A program made the translations under genes and the position numbers. Of a stretch of DNA of 64,000 bases, positions 38,680-54,740 are shown piece by piece (positions within the stretch are counted from its first letter, which is position 1; each line of letters opens with the position of its first letter). Source of the stretch: the human T2T-CHM13v2.0 reference genome, Homo sapiens; NCBI RefSeq assembly GCF_009914755.1, contig NC_060928.1; one strand, written 5' to 3'. The notes under the pieces were generated by a model. The model was not told the DNA's origin, ran no database searches, and saw only the letters and a program-made list of their open reading frames with translations.

Positions 38680-39710
38680 GTAGAAAGCCCAGAAACAGAC
38701 CCCTATGTTTATGAAACTTTGCTACAAAAGATGTCCTGGAAGACCACTGAGCAAAGCAAGGACTATAGAATAACTGGAATATAAATCATGAGCCATCTAT
38801 TAAAAGACATGAAAAATGTAAAATTAGATCTGTACCTAATTGCATGTGAAAAATTAACTATAGCTGTTTTATATATCAGGAGTAAACTTAATAAATTTAA
38901 GAATATACAGGTGCATTTGTTCATCAAGAAAAAAGTAACTGCTTAGACAAGACACAAAGATTGATACATTTAACTACATTAAAATTTAAAACTTTGTTTT
39001 ATAAAATGACACCTTAAAACTATAAGATAATAACTAGGAGATATATTCATAACATCTGTAACCAACAAAGAAGTAATATTCATAAATCCTGTAAAACCAA
39101 TTTGAAAGCATACATATCCAATGGACAAATTGGTAGAAAAAATGAACAGGAATTTCACAGGTGAAACAGTTATAACTAACAGATTTTAAAATAAAGTTTC
39201 AACTTTACTATTAAACAAGAAAATGCAAATAAAGACTATAATGCAATACTATCTTATTCATATTCAATTTGCTAAATAAGAAATATGAGAAAAACACACA
39301 AGGGAAAGCATGTAAATTAATCATATCTATTACACATTTCTGGTAGGAGTCAAAATGGACAGAACAAAATGGAAAAAAGTTACATTATATGATAAATATG
39401 TTGATACCTTCTGGCCTGCATTCTTTGAGGTAAACACTCAAGAGAATGTTTTGCACATAAAGAAGACATTAACAGGAAATTGTTATTATGGTAATAATGT
39501 TATTAATATTAAAAAGCTTGAAAACAAACAAAATGCCTACTGACAGGAAAGTAAAAACATATCTTGGTATATAATACAATGGTTGAAAATATAGCAATAA
39601 AAATAGAATGAACTAAAGAGACATGCAACATTTTAGGTGAATATTGGTAACATTAATGTTGAGTAAAAAATAAGAACTTCTACAGCACTACACGTGGTAT
39701 GATACCCACT
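38680..39710 (+). mobile_element. Ancient L1ME 3' ORF2/UTR
   Basis: 'agaaagcccagaaacagaccc', 'tttaactacattaaaatttaaaact', 'aaaatgcaaataaagactataatg'. Confidence 0.6.
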
Positions 39711-40299
39711 ACAAACAACTGGTCTGTCTGTGATTTTCTTCTGAGGACATGATCAGGAAGATGTGCTTACATAATAGATAGTGTCTGTTGCTAATCCAAA
39801 ACATCTGATTTTAAAATGGAACATCTCCAGGTAATATTAGTAGAGGGGAAAGTCTGCCACCATTAGGAGTTTTAAGGTTAATATTTATTGAGGAAATATA
39901 CTTCCCCATTTTTTTCACACATATAATTGCAATTAATCTCCCCAAATAACTATGCAAATTGACATAATTATGCCAATTTTCTATATGCAGAATGTGGAGT
40001 TAAGAAAGTTTGAGGAATTTGATTTATAGAAAAATGGAGCCATGACACTTGGAGGCCTACTCATACATTTTACTTTTATAGACTAAAACAACTTAAAAAT
40101 ATTGTTGACAAATTTGGCTCTTCTATTCACTATTTATTTACCTAATAATTATACATACAATATGAATTTATATGACAGGTTTTATTATGGTGATTGTTTT
40201 TGTTCCTGATACACTGATTACATTAAGCTTATTTTTTTTCCATATATGGCCTTTTGTTATTTTAAAAAGCAAACAAACGATTCAATTAAGAACTTACTA

Positions 40300-41150
40300 T
40301 AGCATGATTCACATGAATAAACTGACTTTCCAACCAAACAACAATGAAATGACCTGTTTCTTATATCTATTCATGTTTTTCTCCCTAACTCTTCAATCTA
40401 CCATCTCCACAGAGGTTTTCCTGTCTGAGGACACCATGATTTCTTTCCTATTTAAATTTTTATAGTTTTATTACACATATATGTATGATTTAATGATATA
40501 AGATTAGTTTTGATTGGACATTATAAAATATCATGTTACTACTTCAGGACTTTCTTTTTGGCAACTCACGATTAAGTTACTAGGATTCTTTCATATCATT
40601 GCATAATTGCACCTACTGTAATATATGCCATCGTGTGAATATACGACTTATGTATACATTTTTCCTATCAACAGACATTTTGATTGTTTTCAGATAATTA
40701 GTTTTTAAACTACCACCAACAGATCAAAGCTATAAACATTATTGTCCTTGTCCTTTGGTACAGATGTTCCCATGTGAAAAACAGTACCAATTTTGTTTTT
40801 AAAGTGTTCAGCACTTCCTATCCCTTCACAATGACCAAATAATCCTACTGATCCACATCTTCTCTAATATTTGGTGTTGTCAGACTGAATTTCTGCCAAT
40901 GGACTGCATGTAAAATCTTACTTGAAAAGAAATTTTGATGTTCATGTCCCTTAAAATTAAAGAGGTTTAGCCTTTCTTCATATCATTTTTTTTTCAGCAA
41001 TTGGTGTTTGCTCTTCTATGAAAGTCTTTTCATGACTTTTTATTTTTCCAGTTTTCACTTGTTATTTATTTTTTGTATTATTGCTTTCTAGGAGTTTATT
41101 ATTCTTGGAATTAATTACTGACTTATTCATTCTGTCACTTTGAATGCATG
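40300..41150 (-). mobile_element. Ancient L1ME fragment
   Basis: 'gatccacatcttctctaatatttggtgttgtcagact', 'acagacattttgattgttttcag' in reverse orientation. Confidence 0.55.
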
Positions 41151-42626
41151 AAATATAATATATAAGACACAAAATAAAGTATATATGATGAGCATGTAAT
41201 GTTATATGTGCGTGTGTGTGTAAGTGACAGTGGGGAAGCCAAATAGATTTTCCCTGTTGCATCACTGTGCATAGTCTTTCTATGCTACTGTTAGTATTAA
41301 CCTTAAATATCTAAAATTATTTAGCTAAGTTTAGGAGTTATCCTTATAATAAATTTCCATGTGAATTTGCCCTAGGACTGAAATTCTTTACTGCTAGTAA
41401 TAAAACAAAAGAAAATATTTGCTAACCACCATTGTGGTCAGGATAATGCATCAAAAATACAGAATAAAAATTATAATACAATATTATAGTAGGCTAGGAC
41501 TTTCTTATATTTTATCAACATCTATTGGTAAACAATGTTGCCTTCATTTCTATCAGAGAAGAAATAGGTTTGCAGGATAATGTTCTAGCGTACAAATCTC
41601 TTAAGCTTTGCATGGGTTAGCAAAGAACATTTTCCTAAACTATGGGGAAAAGTAGCTATATCATATACACATTTTTTCTTGTCTGGCTAATAGAATATGA
41701 ATTGTTCACCTTTCAAAATGTTTTATGAGCCTATAAGCCTTTGACCTTTTTATTACGTTTTTATTATTACACCATCTAACACAATTATATTTCCATTGCC
41801 CTCCTGTCAATGATCTTCCTCATTCTGGTGATAAATCTTGCTCTATTGAATTCTTCCTTTTATTGCCAACCTAGCACTGGAACTGTTTCATAGATATTCA
41901 TTTTATTTTAAACAGTTATCAATACCTTTCAGAATCTGAATCCTTTAATGAATGAATATTTCCTTAAAATCCTATTTCTTTCAGTGTCAAAATGATCAAT
42001 TATCTGGATCAATTTTCCCTTCAATTTCTAAGCTTACAGTTTTAATATACCTATTTCTGACATTTGAATCAAAGAATACAATTATTTTATATTAGAATAA
42101 TATATTCTGTATATTGAAAAAGTGTAACATTTGACTTTCTATGAGGAAGTGTTATTTCTACATTTGAGCAATTCCCTCTTTTGCTTTGGCTTGCACCCTT
42201 AGTACCTTGCCTTGCTGCAATTGCTAGTCACATTTCATTTTTCCTAATGGTGTTAACTATAAAAATGGTAGAATGCTGTTTTCCCACAATCTTATTGTTT
42301 TATTAAGGAGAAGCACATTTGTAAATATTTAATTAAATGTTTTGAGGCATAATTTACTTTTATAATATCATTTATAAAATAAATAACATTTATTATATCT
42401 AGAAAAGAAGGAAACATTATTTTGACTACTTACAGAATTCTACAATTTTCAGTAGGCATCTTATTTCTCTCTGACTTGTGATGATATTTAAAATGGATAT
42501 AAAACAATTTAATGAGTATATTTCATAATGCTTGAAATTATGGGCCCAAACCACCCTCTTAATATTATCACCCTAAACATTTCATGTACACTCTGGGAAT
42601 CAGTTCACATTGTCTCAACCTGAAAT

Positions 42627-44134
<1,508 letters not shown>

Positions 44135-46461
44135 TATAACTCCCTCCATGTTTTGACTGGCTCAGGGAATTTTGCTAACAAAGTTTAATCGTACATACAG
44201 GCACCATTTCCTAAAATAAATAGTTCTTCAAGACTCTAAGAGCGTTGATCTTGCTGTGATCTGAGCTTCCACCATGACTGTTTTTTTTCCATTAAAATCT
44301 GTGATATGATCTACAGATGTTATATTGCTAATATTATACTTGTCTCTCTTCCCAGGACATTGCAAATTATGTAAATATAAATATATTAATAGTTACTGTC
44401 TTAATCATTTTTCTTTTCCTAGGATACCTGATCACTAATTAGTTCAGTACTTAATACTGAATATTTACAGGTGAAGCAAGTAAACATGCAGTTTATACTT
44501 TACAGGTTAATTCAGCACTGGGGGAAAACAGGACATTTTTAATAATCTGAACTGCCTAATTTACTATCACATACTTTAATCTGCAATTAATGCCAAACTA
44601 CTTAAAATAGTATCCAGAATGCTTTACTGGTCAAAATTATTTCTGCTTTACTAGAATTACCTAAGCTGTTCTTAAGTTCAATAGGTATTTGTCATACAAC
44701 TTAATTGATATATTTTTATTATTAATTCAGTAGGCCTGGTGTAACTTTTTTGCTATTGGAAGATTTCACCAATTATAACATATAGCCCCATACTCTTTTC
44801 TATTCTTTTGATGGTGTGGTTATGTCACGGGTATGAAATGCATGTATGTGTCATGCACAGATTCTAACCTAGTTTGTTTTTTACTTGATTAAAAGGGAGA
44901 AAATCTTCTAGTTCTATGGGGAGCAAATAATGTTATCCCCACTATTAATTCTTAGTAATTATAGGACTGCTAGAGTTGGCTGTTGAGTAGAAGAGGGTTG
45001 ATTATTAAATATATAATATAAACTTATTCAATTGCTCACATTATAGTTTTCCTTGACATCCAAGCCAACTGGGAAACACGTTTGGCTTAATGATGGAATT
45101 TTCAAAGGAGTATAGAGAAGATTTAGCTAGGTAAAATTTAGTGAAGGTCAGATTCTGCACAACGTTCTGCAAATGTATCTCAATTTGTTTTGATGGATTG
45201 CACTTGACAATTAATTAGGACCTTATGGATAAACATTAAAAGGTAGATTTCATTAGCAAAAAACATGGTTCAGCCCTAAAAGGTCTATGCCTTTAGAATA
45301 ATAACACTGAACACAATAGTTTTCAGACACTTAACTCACAAAATATTTCACAAGAGTTCAGTGTAAATGCATGCCACTTTAACTTCTCTATAGCAGTTAA
45401 GTCTTAACTGAGGAATATATATATCTTTCTCTTCAATCAGATTCTCAATTTTCACTAACCTTCTACAGTATTCTTGTGTATTTTACTTCTACCTTCCACT
45501 TTCATAACTTAAATTTTTTGTTACCAATAAATACACCATTTTTAAAGTTTTGGCTTTCATCACTCCACTACTAGACCACTACCTCCTAAGCATTTTTCTC
45601 TGTTATCCCCATGCTAATATTTTCTAAACCTTTTCAAAGCTTCAAGTCCATTAACCCTACTCCTCTTACAAAACAAACAACAGCAAAATCTTAATGACTT
45701 CTCTCATTTAAAAACCACTAAGTGCACAAATTGAAGATAAGCACTGAAAAATCAGGAGTTAAAACAGTTGGTCTATGTTTGTCTTGCTCCTTTTGGGAGG
45801 GTGGTGGAACCCCTTTGAGGGAAAAGGAAGAGAAGTAGGCACAGATCCAGGCCCTTGGCAACTGAACTTCCAGGTAAATGTTTGTTAGGAGAAAAGACCA
45901 TTATCTATTGAATAAACTTACCAAGATGCTCCCTCCCCAAAGGATTTCTTATACTAAATAAACCCCAGAATCTCTGAAATGGAGCTTTCTGAATAATATC
46001 ATAACCTACACAATTGTCTGAAATATAAAATGCATACATTTCATTCCCTAAAATTCTGCTTTCTGTGTGAAATGATTTGCAGACATAATTAGAGACTCAG
46101 TTTGTTATTCTGGGCCAGATAGCACATGTCTGATGTGGAGAGACAGGACCTAGGGAGTTTTCCCCACTGTCCTAGATCTCTCCTTAATTTTTTGAGCCCC
46201 TTTAATTACCAATTACTTGAAATTTTTAACATTATCTTCATCCCTGATTCAAGTAATACTGATTATCTGATACTTTGATTTAGCTCATGCACTTGACATT
46301 TTACAGGAATTCTGCTTCATTTCAATGAGTATGTTTACTTTCTTAGTTGGCTAAACAAATATTTTGTACATTCTCTTACCTCCTTCAATGTCTAACCCAC
46401 CAAAGCAATTCAACAACTTCACTTTACTCTTAAGAACAGGGACATAATTAAATGTTTTTTC

Positions 46462-47250
46462 TGTAATCCCATAGTGCAAATATATCAGCTATGGTATTAA
46501 TAAGAAATATATTTGGTCTTTGCCTCTGGTTCCTGGCCCAGAGCACCCCAAACCTTGGAAATTTCCTGAGTAATAGAAATGTCTTTTGTTATGTCTAAGA
46601 ATTCCATTTTGATCATACCTGAATTTTTGTCATTGAGGTGACTTAGTGTGGGGCCCGTTGATAAAACCAAATGGGATTGGTCACCAGAAAGACCAAGTGA
46701 AGAGACGGCTGAAAGTTTTTCCCTCACCTACCAATTCTGGGAAGGAATGTGGAGAGCAGGAGATTACACTCTGCAAAAATTCTTGGACAGCAAGATTTGA
46801 TGTACTTCTGAGTTAGTGAATGCATCCATGTTCTAGAAAGGTGGTGCACCTCAGTTCAAAGGGACAGAAGTTCTCGCACTGGGATCCTTCCAGACCTTCA
46901 CCCTACATAATTTTCATCTGGCTGTGCATCTGTGTCTTTTATAATATCTTTTATAATAAACCAGTAAATGTAAGTAAAATGCTATTCTGATTTCTGTGAA
47001 CCATTCTAGCAAATTATGGAAGCTGAGGAGGAGATTGCAAGAACCCTCATTTTATAGCTAGGCAGTCAGAAGTATAAATGACCTGGACTTGTGATTGGCC
47101 TCTGAAGTGGGGGTACTCTTTTGATACCGAGCCCTTGACTTGTTGAGTCTGATTCTAACTCCAATTATAGTGTCAGAATTCAACTATTAATAATTCATAG
47201 GGCACGTACTTGGTGTCTCAGACAATTGGTGGTTGGTGTTAGAAAGCATC
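46462..47250 (+). mobile_element. MER21-type LTR
   Basis: 'aagaaatatatttggtctttgcctctggttcctggcccagagc', 'ggtcaccagaaagaccaag', 'ataataaaccagtaaatgtaagtaaa'. Confidence 0.8.
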
Positions 47251-47289
47251 CTAAATGAGCCTAACAGCTGTAACTAGACTATCACTCTC

Positions 47290-48690
47290 TTCTTTTCCTC
47301 CTCTTCAAGTGAATAATACATTCCTGATAATCTAAGGCCAACTCCTCTCTTTGTGTCCAAGATTCAATATATTCTAATCATCTTAAATATTTTGCTCTTC
47401 CACTTACTGTCTTTCTCCTGCATCATCAAATTAACTTTCTCTATTTGATCATTTTTATTAGCTAACATGGTCTATTACTTTTACTAATATGTTTTCACAT
47501 TTAATGCATAGCCTTTCTTTACTTGCCACTAAAGCAGGTCTCTGCTCCTGTTCTAGAATACCTGTTGGAAGAGTTGTCCCAAACAATATCCTCTAATTTC
47601 CTACTTCCTTGTCCTCCCTTAATCCAGAGAAATCAGACCTCTTACCACATCATTCCACTAAAATCTGTGTTGTAAACTATCTTCTATGTTCATCATCCTT
47701 GACCATTTAACTGCTTCTTGTAGGCATGATCTCTCTTATCTCTTTGAGAAAAAAAAGTTTCATTTAGCTTTTATGACAATATGATCTGTTTTCTGTCTAG
47801 ATCCAACTGCCTCATCTCTATCTATTTTGCTGGATCATTTGAAAAAATTATTGTTAAAATTTAGAGTACCCCAAAGCTTGGCCCACTGCCCTCTTCTTTT
47901 CTCCACCTACACTTCTTTGTAAGAGTTCCCTCATTCAGTGCCGTCAATGAAATTAACATCATACATTCAAAGATAACTTTGCTCTTACGCATCACACGTA
48001 TATTTCAATTCCCAATCCAATGTTTCCATTTAAATAATCTATTCAGATATTGCATACTTAACTACTTAACTTGTCCAAAATCAACCTATTGTAGTTGATT
48101 CAATTCCCAATCATTTTCTTTCCCTTCCCAGTAGTCTTTTTTTGTTGTTGCTGTTAATTTCCTGTAGAGATGGGTCTCCCTATGTTGCCCAGATTGGTCT
48201 TGAACTCCCGGGTTGAAGCAGTCCTTCCACCTCAGCCTGCTAAAGTGCTGGGATTATAAGCCTGAGCCACTCCACCGGGCTCCCAATAATCTCTAGTATT
48301 CACTCACTCACTCAAGCTGGCATCCTTAATCCCACTATTTCTCTCACCAAGGTCTTTATTCTTATAGTTCTCATTGTCTTGAAACCTGACCCTGCACTCT
48401 CACCCCTAGATCGACTGGGAAGTCCCTCACATCATTAACTTCTCAGTTCACACGTTAACTCTGCTAACAGCTTTTTCCTGATAACTCTAATCTAAAATAA
48501 CCCTTCTTTATCTATTTATTTCTTCTAAATTATCTCATTTTATTTTCTTTGAAAATTATCATTGTTAAATTTTTTTTGTATTTATTAACATATTTGTTTT
48601 TTCTCACTTCTTGCTGCAACATGAGAAGTATCAGAGAAGGGACCTTGTTATCTTTGTTCAGAGCTTTTGTGCAGCACCTATCCAACATAT
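47290..48690 (+). mobile_element. L2 3' region
   Basis: CT-rich L2 sense motifs, ending 'gagaagggaccttgttatctttgttca'. Confidence 0.6.
48138..48280 (-). mobile_element. FLAM (monomeric Alu)
   Basis: Single Alu arm; degenerate TSD tcccagtagtct (48126-48137) / tcccaataatct (48281-48292). Confidence 0.85.
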
Positions 48691-48706
48691 ACAAAATTGT
48701 TTTGGC

Positions 48707-49007
<301 letters not shown>

Positions 49008-49029
49008 AAAATTGTTTTGGCATGAATTA

Positions 49030-49220
49030 ATATGCTGCCAGAAAATCAAAGTCTGATTTACAGCTCTACCAGTAACTAAGTTCATGACCTTCAATAACAC
49101 ACTTAACTATTATGCACTTGTTTCCTCATATGTCAAAATAAGCATATTAATATATACAAATTTATAGCACACTTACAGAATCCACGATATAATGTCAAGC
49201 ACAATGTTTGATGCTTATGA
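49030..49220 (+). mobile_element. MIR fragment
   Basis: 'cagctctaccagtaactaagttcatgaccttcaataacacacttaac...gtttcctcatatgtcaaaata'. Confidence 0.6.
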
Positions 49221-50822
49221 TTAGCGTCCAAATTTTTAAATACCTTACCACTACCCTTAGGCAAAGTATGCATAATGTAAAATGTCTAGTTGACATGTGG
49301 ATGTAAATAATCTAAATGTATTAGCTTTTATTTAGAGATCTTATAACATGTAAAAGTTCTGTTCCACACGTTAACACATGTATTCTTCATAATAATGCTA
49401 CAATATAGATCAAATAGTATCCCTATTTTACAGATTAGAGAAAATTGACATACAAAGAAGTTAGGCTGTTATTGATGCCTACTTATGTATAAAGTGGTCT
49501 GGGATAGATTTCCTTTTGAGAAATCTGGCTTTAGAAAAACCCTCTTAGCTACCAAAATATATAGAAATAAAAGTTTTTGGGTATCTTCACAGTCATTCAT
49601 GTGTGTGCATAGGTGCTTGTGTGTGAGCATATGTGTGCGTTGTGAGAAAATAAAAAGAAAGAAATACAGTAAAATTGAAAAGGAGTAAAAGATATTTGAC
49701 AAATTAGATATGAACTTGCCCAATTTTTTATTTATAAATGAATAAATTTTAAACACAGGATTTATTTTTTCTCTTTTTCTCCTCTGAATTTTCTAAGGGA
49801 ATGTACCATTGGTTTATGATCACTGTTATTTGCATGGAAAAGATGACAAATGATGAAAATAATAAAATTCCAAAAGTACTTTGACTCTGGAGTCACCAGA
49901 CCAGGTATTCATGGTAGATGCTGCGTTCTCATTTAAATGTTCATGTCATTGTACTACATTTCTTCACTTTATTACATGATATGAAATTAAGTAGTGCCAA
50001 AACATTTTCACAACATTTAATTATGTTGATCATTTCTTTCTTTAAAATTATATTAAACTGTTTTAGACTGTGCTTTTTGATGGAGACTAAAAGCTTTTAG
50101 AAACACTAAATTATTTCTTCTTACTGAAGCAAAATAATATCTAAATTGCCTAAACAGTTTTATAGACATAACTGAATGTGCAAAGTGATTCCTGGGGTTG
50201 TAGCTGTGTGATTCCCATTATAGTCCATGAGGATCACTGACTTTATCAGGAATCACACAGCTAAACCCTCATGTAACACTTCACAAAACTTGAATTAGGG
50301 TCTTTTGATTAAAAAAAATCATATTGTACCTTTAAGAAGACACTGGGATTCTTTGTAAATTTTATTCTTTTATCTCCTGGATTTCCATCCTTTTTTAGAT
50401 CATTTTTTGATAAAGAAAAATTTTTAAAAGTGGATTTTGGTTTTTCATAAGTACATGCGTTTATAAGCAATGAAGATAATTTTGTAAAATCAAGTTCATT
50501 TAAACTGATTAGATATTTAGTTAAACTAACACAGTAACATACCATCCTTCCTGAAAGTCATCTAATACAATAAAATAGACAAAGAGTACAATAGAACTAT
50601 TTAATGAAACTCGGAAACTAGCATAACTCATAACTAGCATAACACATGAGGCAATTATATATATATATATTATATATATATATAGTATCTGTATGTTTGT
50701 CTATATAATATATATGCAGATCTGTATATACACATCCACATACTGTATGTATATAGTATTGCCTCATATATATCTGTATGTTTACACAGTGTAAAATGCT
50801 CCAGAAGCATTTAATTTATCAC

Positions 50823-50948
50823 TGTGATGGTTAACTTTGTATGTCAACTTGACTGGGCTAAGGGATGCTCAGATAGCTAGCAAACTATTTCTGGGTGTGT
50901 TTTTGAAGGTGTTTCCATAGGATATAAGCATCTGAATTGTTAGACTGA
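50823..50948 (+). mobile_element. MLT2 LTR 5' fragment
   Basis: 'tgtgatggttaactttgtatgtcaacttgactgggctaagggatgc' truncated at 'tagactga'. Confidence 0.85.
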
Positions 50949-50949
50949 A

Positions 50950-50992
50950 GCATTCCAGTCTGGGCAAGAAAGCAAGAATCTGTCTATAAAAT
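50950..50992 (+). mobile_element. Alu 3'-terminal fragment
   Basis: 'gcattccagtctgggcaagaaagcaagaatctgtctataaaa'. Confidence 0.6.
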
Positions 50993-51789
50993 TAAGATGT
51001 AAAAAATGGTTTTGAACCAAGTAGCTGCTTTCTATAGGCAAAAAAAAAAAAACAAAACAAAACAAAAAACATGTAATAGAAAGGATATCTCACTCCTGCT
51101 TTCAAAACATATGTTGTTGGAGCACAGATTTTTGCTATGATGGAGCAAATATTTAAATACAATTATAAAAGATTGAATCTAAAATATTTTAGAAGAATTC
51201 AATGCTAAAATAGAAAAAGATATAATATCTATAAATTTTACCAGCTACAAATGAAAATTTCTCATACAACTAAAATATAACAAATCCACATAAGCTAAAA
51301 ATAACTGGAGAAAATATTTGCAAGGTATATTGAGAAATACATTACCAGTACCCAAGAAGTTTCTTATTGTATGATCATCACATTTTTGTGTGTGTGTACA
51401 AATTAACTGTGATTATACCTTCTAATACCATAGATTACTCTTGCATGTTTTTGATATTTGCACGCATGGACTCACACAATATAAATTCTTTTGTACATAG
51501 CTTTTTGGTTCAACATTATGAAATTCATTTATGTTATATATAACTGTCATTTGTTTATTATCATCTGTCTAAAGGGATATTGGGTTGAATTTGCTAACAA
51601 ATCTTGTGACGTTTAACTGATGAATATAACTGATGTTTTAATAAATTCAGCCATTACTAAAATCTCTGTGTTTAAATTTTTTGAAGTAGGAACATATGTG
51701 CGAAATGTTTTCTTTCTTGCAAAGTCTATTTCACTAAACAGAGGAGAAATTTTAACAAATTAATTTTCAAACATAATGTTGAGAATTCT

Positions 51790-52845
51790 ACCTCTCTCCA
51801 TGATGTAGTAAAATAGAGTATATTTATCACCTCACCTTAAATAACCAACAAACAAGACAAAACATGTGAAACAAGAGTTTCACATACTGGACAATAGATA
51901 ATACAGGACATTTACTCCTGAGAGAATGGAAGTACCTGGGATGAACCACAGAATTGGCTGAGCTAACCGATTGCAGAGAGATTACAGGCAGCAGTAACAC
52001 TGATGCGGATTAGAAACACTAGAAAAGGCCAGAGGTTCCCCAGAGTTGAGAACACGAAGTTCAGAGCTCAATAAGCCCAGACATCCAGAGATCGCATGCT
52101 AGAGTACCAAAGGGGAGAAAACTGTGGAGAGAACTCTGGAGATCCAAAGAGAGTTACTCTCAAGTCTTTAGCTGAATAGTGAACAGGTCATGGATGAAAA
52201 GAAACAGAGCCAGGGAAACAACCACTAAAAAGGAGCACGTAGAGAAATCCTCAGAGCTCAAGAAGACCTGCAAATAATTCAGGTACTTATAAGTCAGAGT
52301 AGAAATATCTCCTACACGAGAAGCATCAAGTGAAGTTCTGAAAAGGATATTGCCTTAGTACTGGCACAGAGGTAGCCCTAGACTTTGTTGTATCTGCAAA
52401 GCTTAAAAGCAAACCTCTTAAGGATCAAGCATTTCCTACTCACATAACCAAATTCCACAACAAAGTTCTACAATATTTAAAAGGATACTGAGTATTCAGC
52501 ATTCAACCATGCAGAATACATAATGTTTGGCATCTGATAAAAAAATTAGCAGACATGAGAAAACGTCAGTATATTCAACTCATGGTAAGGAAATCAATTA
52601 TTGGAAACAGATTCAAAAATAATGGAGATTATAGAGGTAGTAGCCAAAACATTAAGAAAGCTATTAAATGTATATTACATCTGTTTAAGAAGGTGAAGGA
52701 AAGCATTAGTTTGAAGATGACAGAAGCAAAAGATCAAAAATTAAAATTCCCAAATTAATCTTCTGGAGCTAAAGATATATTTTAACAGAATATTAGAAAC
52801 TTTAGAAGAAAAAATAGTACAGAGCAATACAAACTATTCAGCTAT
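51790..52845 (+). mobile_element. Ancient L1 (L1ME-type) 5' region/ORF1 start
   Basis: Similar to the 31.95-33.2 kb block; ORF1-like 'aaatcaattattggaaacagattcaaaaataatggag'. Confidence 0.55.
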
Positions 52846-53683
52846 GTAAACTGAGGAAGTTCTAGACTTCTGCTGTAAAACGTTCTCACAGTTAGCAATA
52901 ATGTCCTAAACCCCAAAAGCTTTGTTAAAAGCTATATTTTATGTTGTGTAGAACTGAGAAACCCATATTTTCATGGTGCTTTTTTCACCACAACAAAATA
53001 AATAAACTGTTGGTACACACAACATGGACAATTCTCAAAATCATTATGCTGCGCCTTTTTTGAAAGCCAGGCTGTGTGATTCCATTTGCATTAAATATTT
53101 GAAAATGCAAACTAGTATACAGTGACATTTAGATTATGTATATATTGGAATCTGGAGCTGTAACGAAGGGAAGATGAGTTTCAAAGAAACATGAGGAAAC
53201 ATTTGGGATTGATGGAAATTTTCATAATTTTGATTGTGGTGGTGGTTTCACACTTACAGACATCATTGTAAGACTGTACACTTTATTGTACATCAATAGT
53301 ACCTCAATACAACTAAACATATTTTAAAAGTATAGATAATGGAGCACTGAAGAATAAAAAAGCCACGTTTGTTCCTTTGCCCTTGACCTGTTGCACTGGC
53401 AGGCTCTCACAGTCACCAGGGTAGGTTTAACTCCTGACTGGTGTTCTGTGTTTATTGCCGTTCCTGGATTAACAGCCACACATAGTGATCTCAGTTGCAT
53501 AAATAGCATTAGGGTTGTACTTCAGACATCTCCTAGAAAAACTATTTGAGTCATTGTAGCTAAAAATTTTAGTTTTCCATGTTGCTGTTTCCCTTGGGAA
53601 ATGATAGTGTCGGCAGCAACCCTTAGATATTGGCTAGTTCTTTTGTTTTGGAGCAGAAGTTTATACTCAGGTAAAACAGTTAC

Positions 53684-53684
<1 letters not shown>

Positions 53685-53752
<68 letters not shown>
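53685..53752 (+). repeat. Compound tetranucleotide STR [TAGA]13[CAGA]4
   Basis: Counted directly. Confidence 0.97.
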
Positions 53753-54129
53753 AATGTTTCTGTGCAACTTACCAAACTACTTGAAGGAAATTGTAAAATT
53801 ATTCGCTTAATCTTCTCACTCCTCAGGCTCACTCCATGTTCCATGAAGAGAAGTATTCTTTTCATTTTATTCACTAGCACATATGGTAAGATACCTGGCT
53901 CCTTGAGCTGTGTCTAAAATATAATAGGGACTTGATAAACATTTGTTGAATAGGTGCATAACTAAATTACTTAGACAAGAGTGCAGTACTTTTCTGTTCC
54001 GTGCTGTGCCTCAAGTTCACCTTCCCCTCTCTTCTCAGCAGCTTAACTGCCTCACATTGCTCATTAAACGCAATGATCAGTTTGACTGATCATAGTATGT
54101 TTTCACTCACAAGTACAGCATACCTCATG

Positions 54130-54280
54130 CTTTTTATCAAAGTCCTATTAAACTTTTACATTGCAGACCCAACTCTAAATGATTCAGATCCAGCTGGTCT
54201 GACTTCTTGAAATTTGCATATTTGGGGAACATCCGAGGAGACAAATATACTGACATCGGACATTTTGAGAAACACTGCTG
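54130..54280. mobile_element. MER5A-like hAT MITE
   Basis: 'gattcagatccagctggtctg...aatttgcatattt...cattttgagaaacactgct'. Confidence 0.5.
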
Positions 54281-54340
54281 TGGCACAAATCAAACGTTTA
54301 CAACAAGGTCCTGAGCTGAATGTTAGAAATAGGTGAGCTA

Positions 54341-54597
54341 CACTTGTAAGTGGGAGCTAAATGATGAGAGCACATGGACACATGGAGGGGAACAACAGAC
54401 ACTGGGTCCTACTTGAGGGTGGAGGATGGGAGGAGGGAGAGGATCAACAAAGAATTATTGGGTACTAGGCTTAGTACACCCAGTACTAGGCTGGGTGACA
54501 AAATAATCTGTACAATAAACCCCTGTGACACAAGTTTACCCATATAATAAAACTGCACATGTACCCCTGAACCTAAAATAAAAGTTAAAATTAAAAG
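54341..54597 (+). mobile_element. 5'-truncated L1PA (L1PA11-13-like) 3' UTR
   Basis: Perfect 16-bp TSD agaaataggtgagcta at 54325-54340 and 54598-54613; A-rich tail. Confidence 0.92.
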
Positions 54598-54740
54598 AGA
54601 AATAGGTGAGCTAGAAATGGCAACAGCAGCACCACGCAGTCAGAGGTACATCCCACCGGGTTGGCATGCTGGGAGCAGCAGCAGCAGCACGCAGGATCAT
54701 GCAGCAAGAGGGGTAAGAATGAAAAGAAAAGGAGGATGCC

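Noticed and set aside
54674-54690. (GCA)5 as a polyQ/polyA coding repeat
   Set aside because: Lies upstream of the SEC63-homologous ATG; probably a CpG-decayed (GCG)n from the parent 5' UTR
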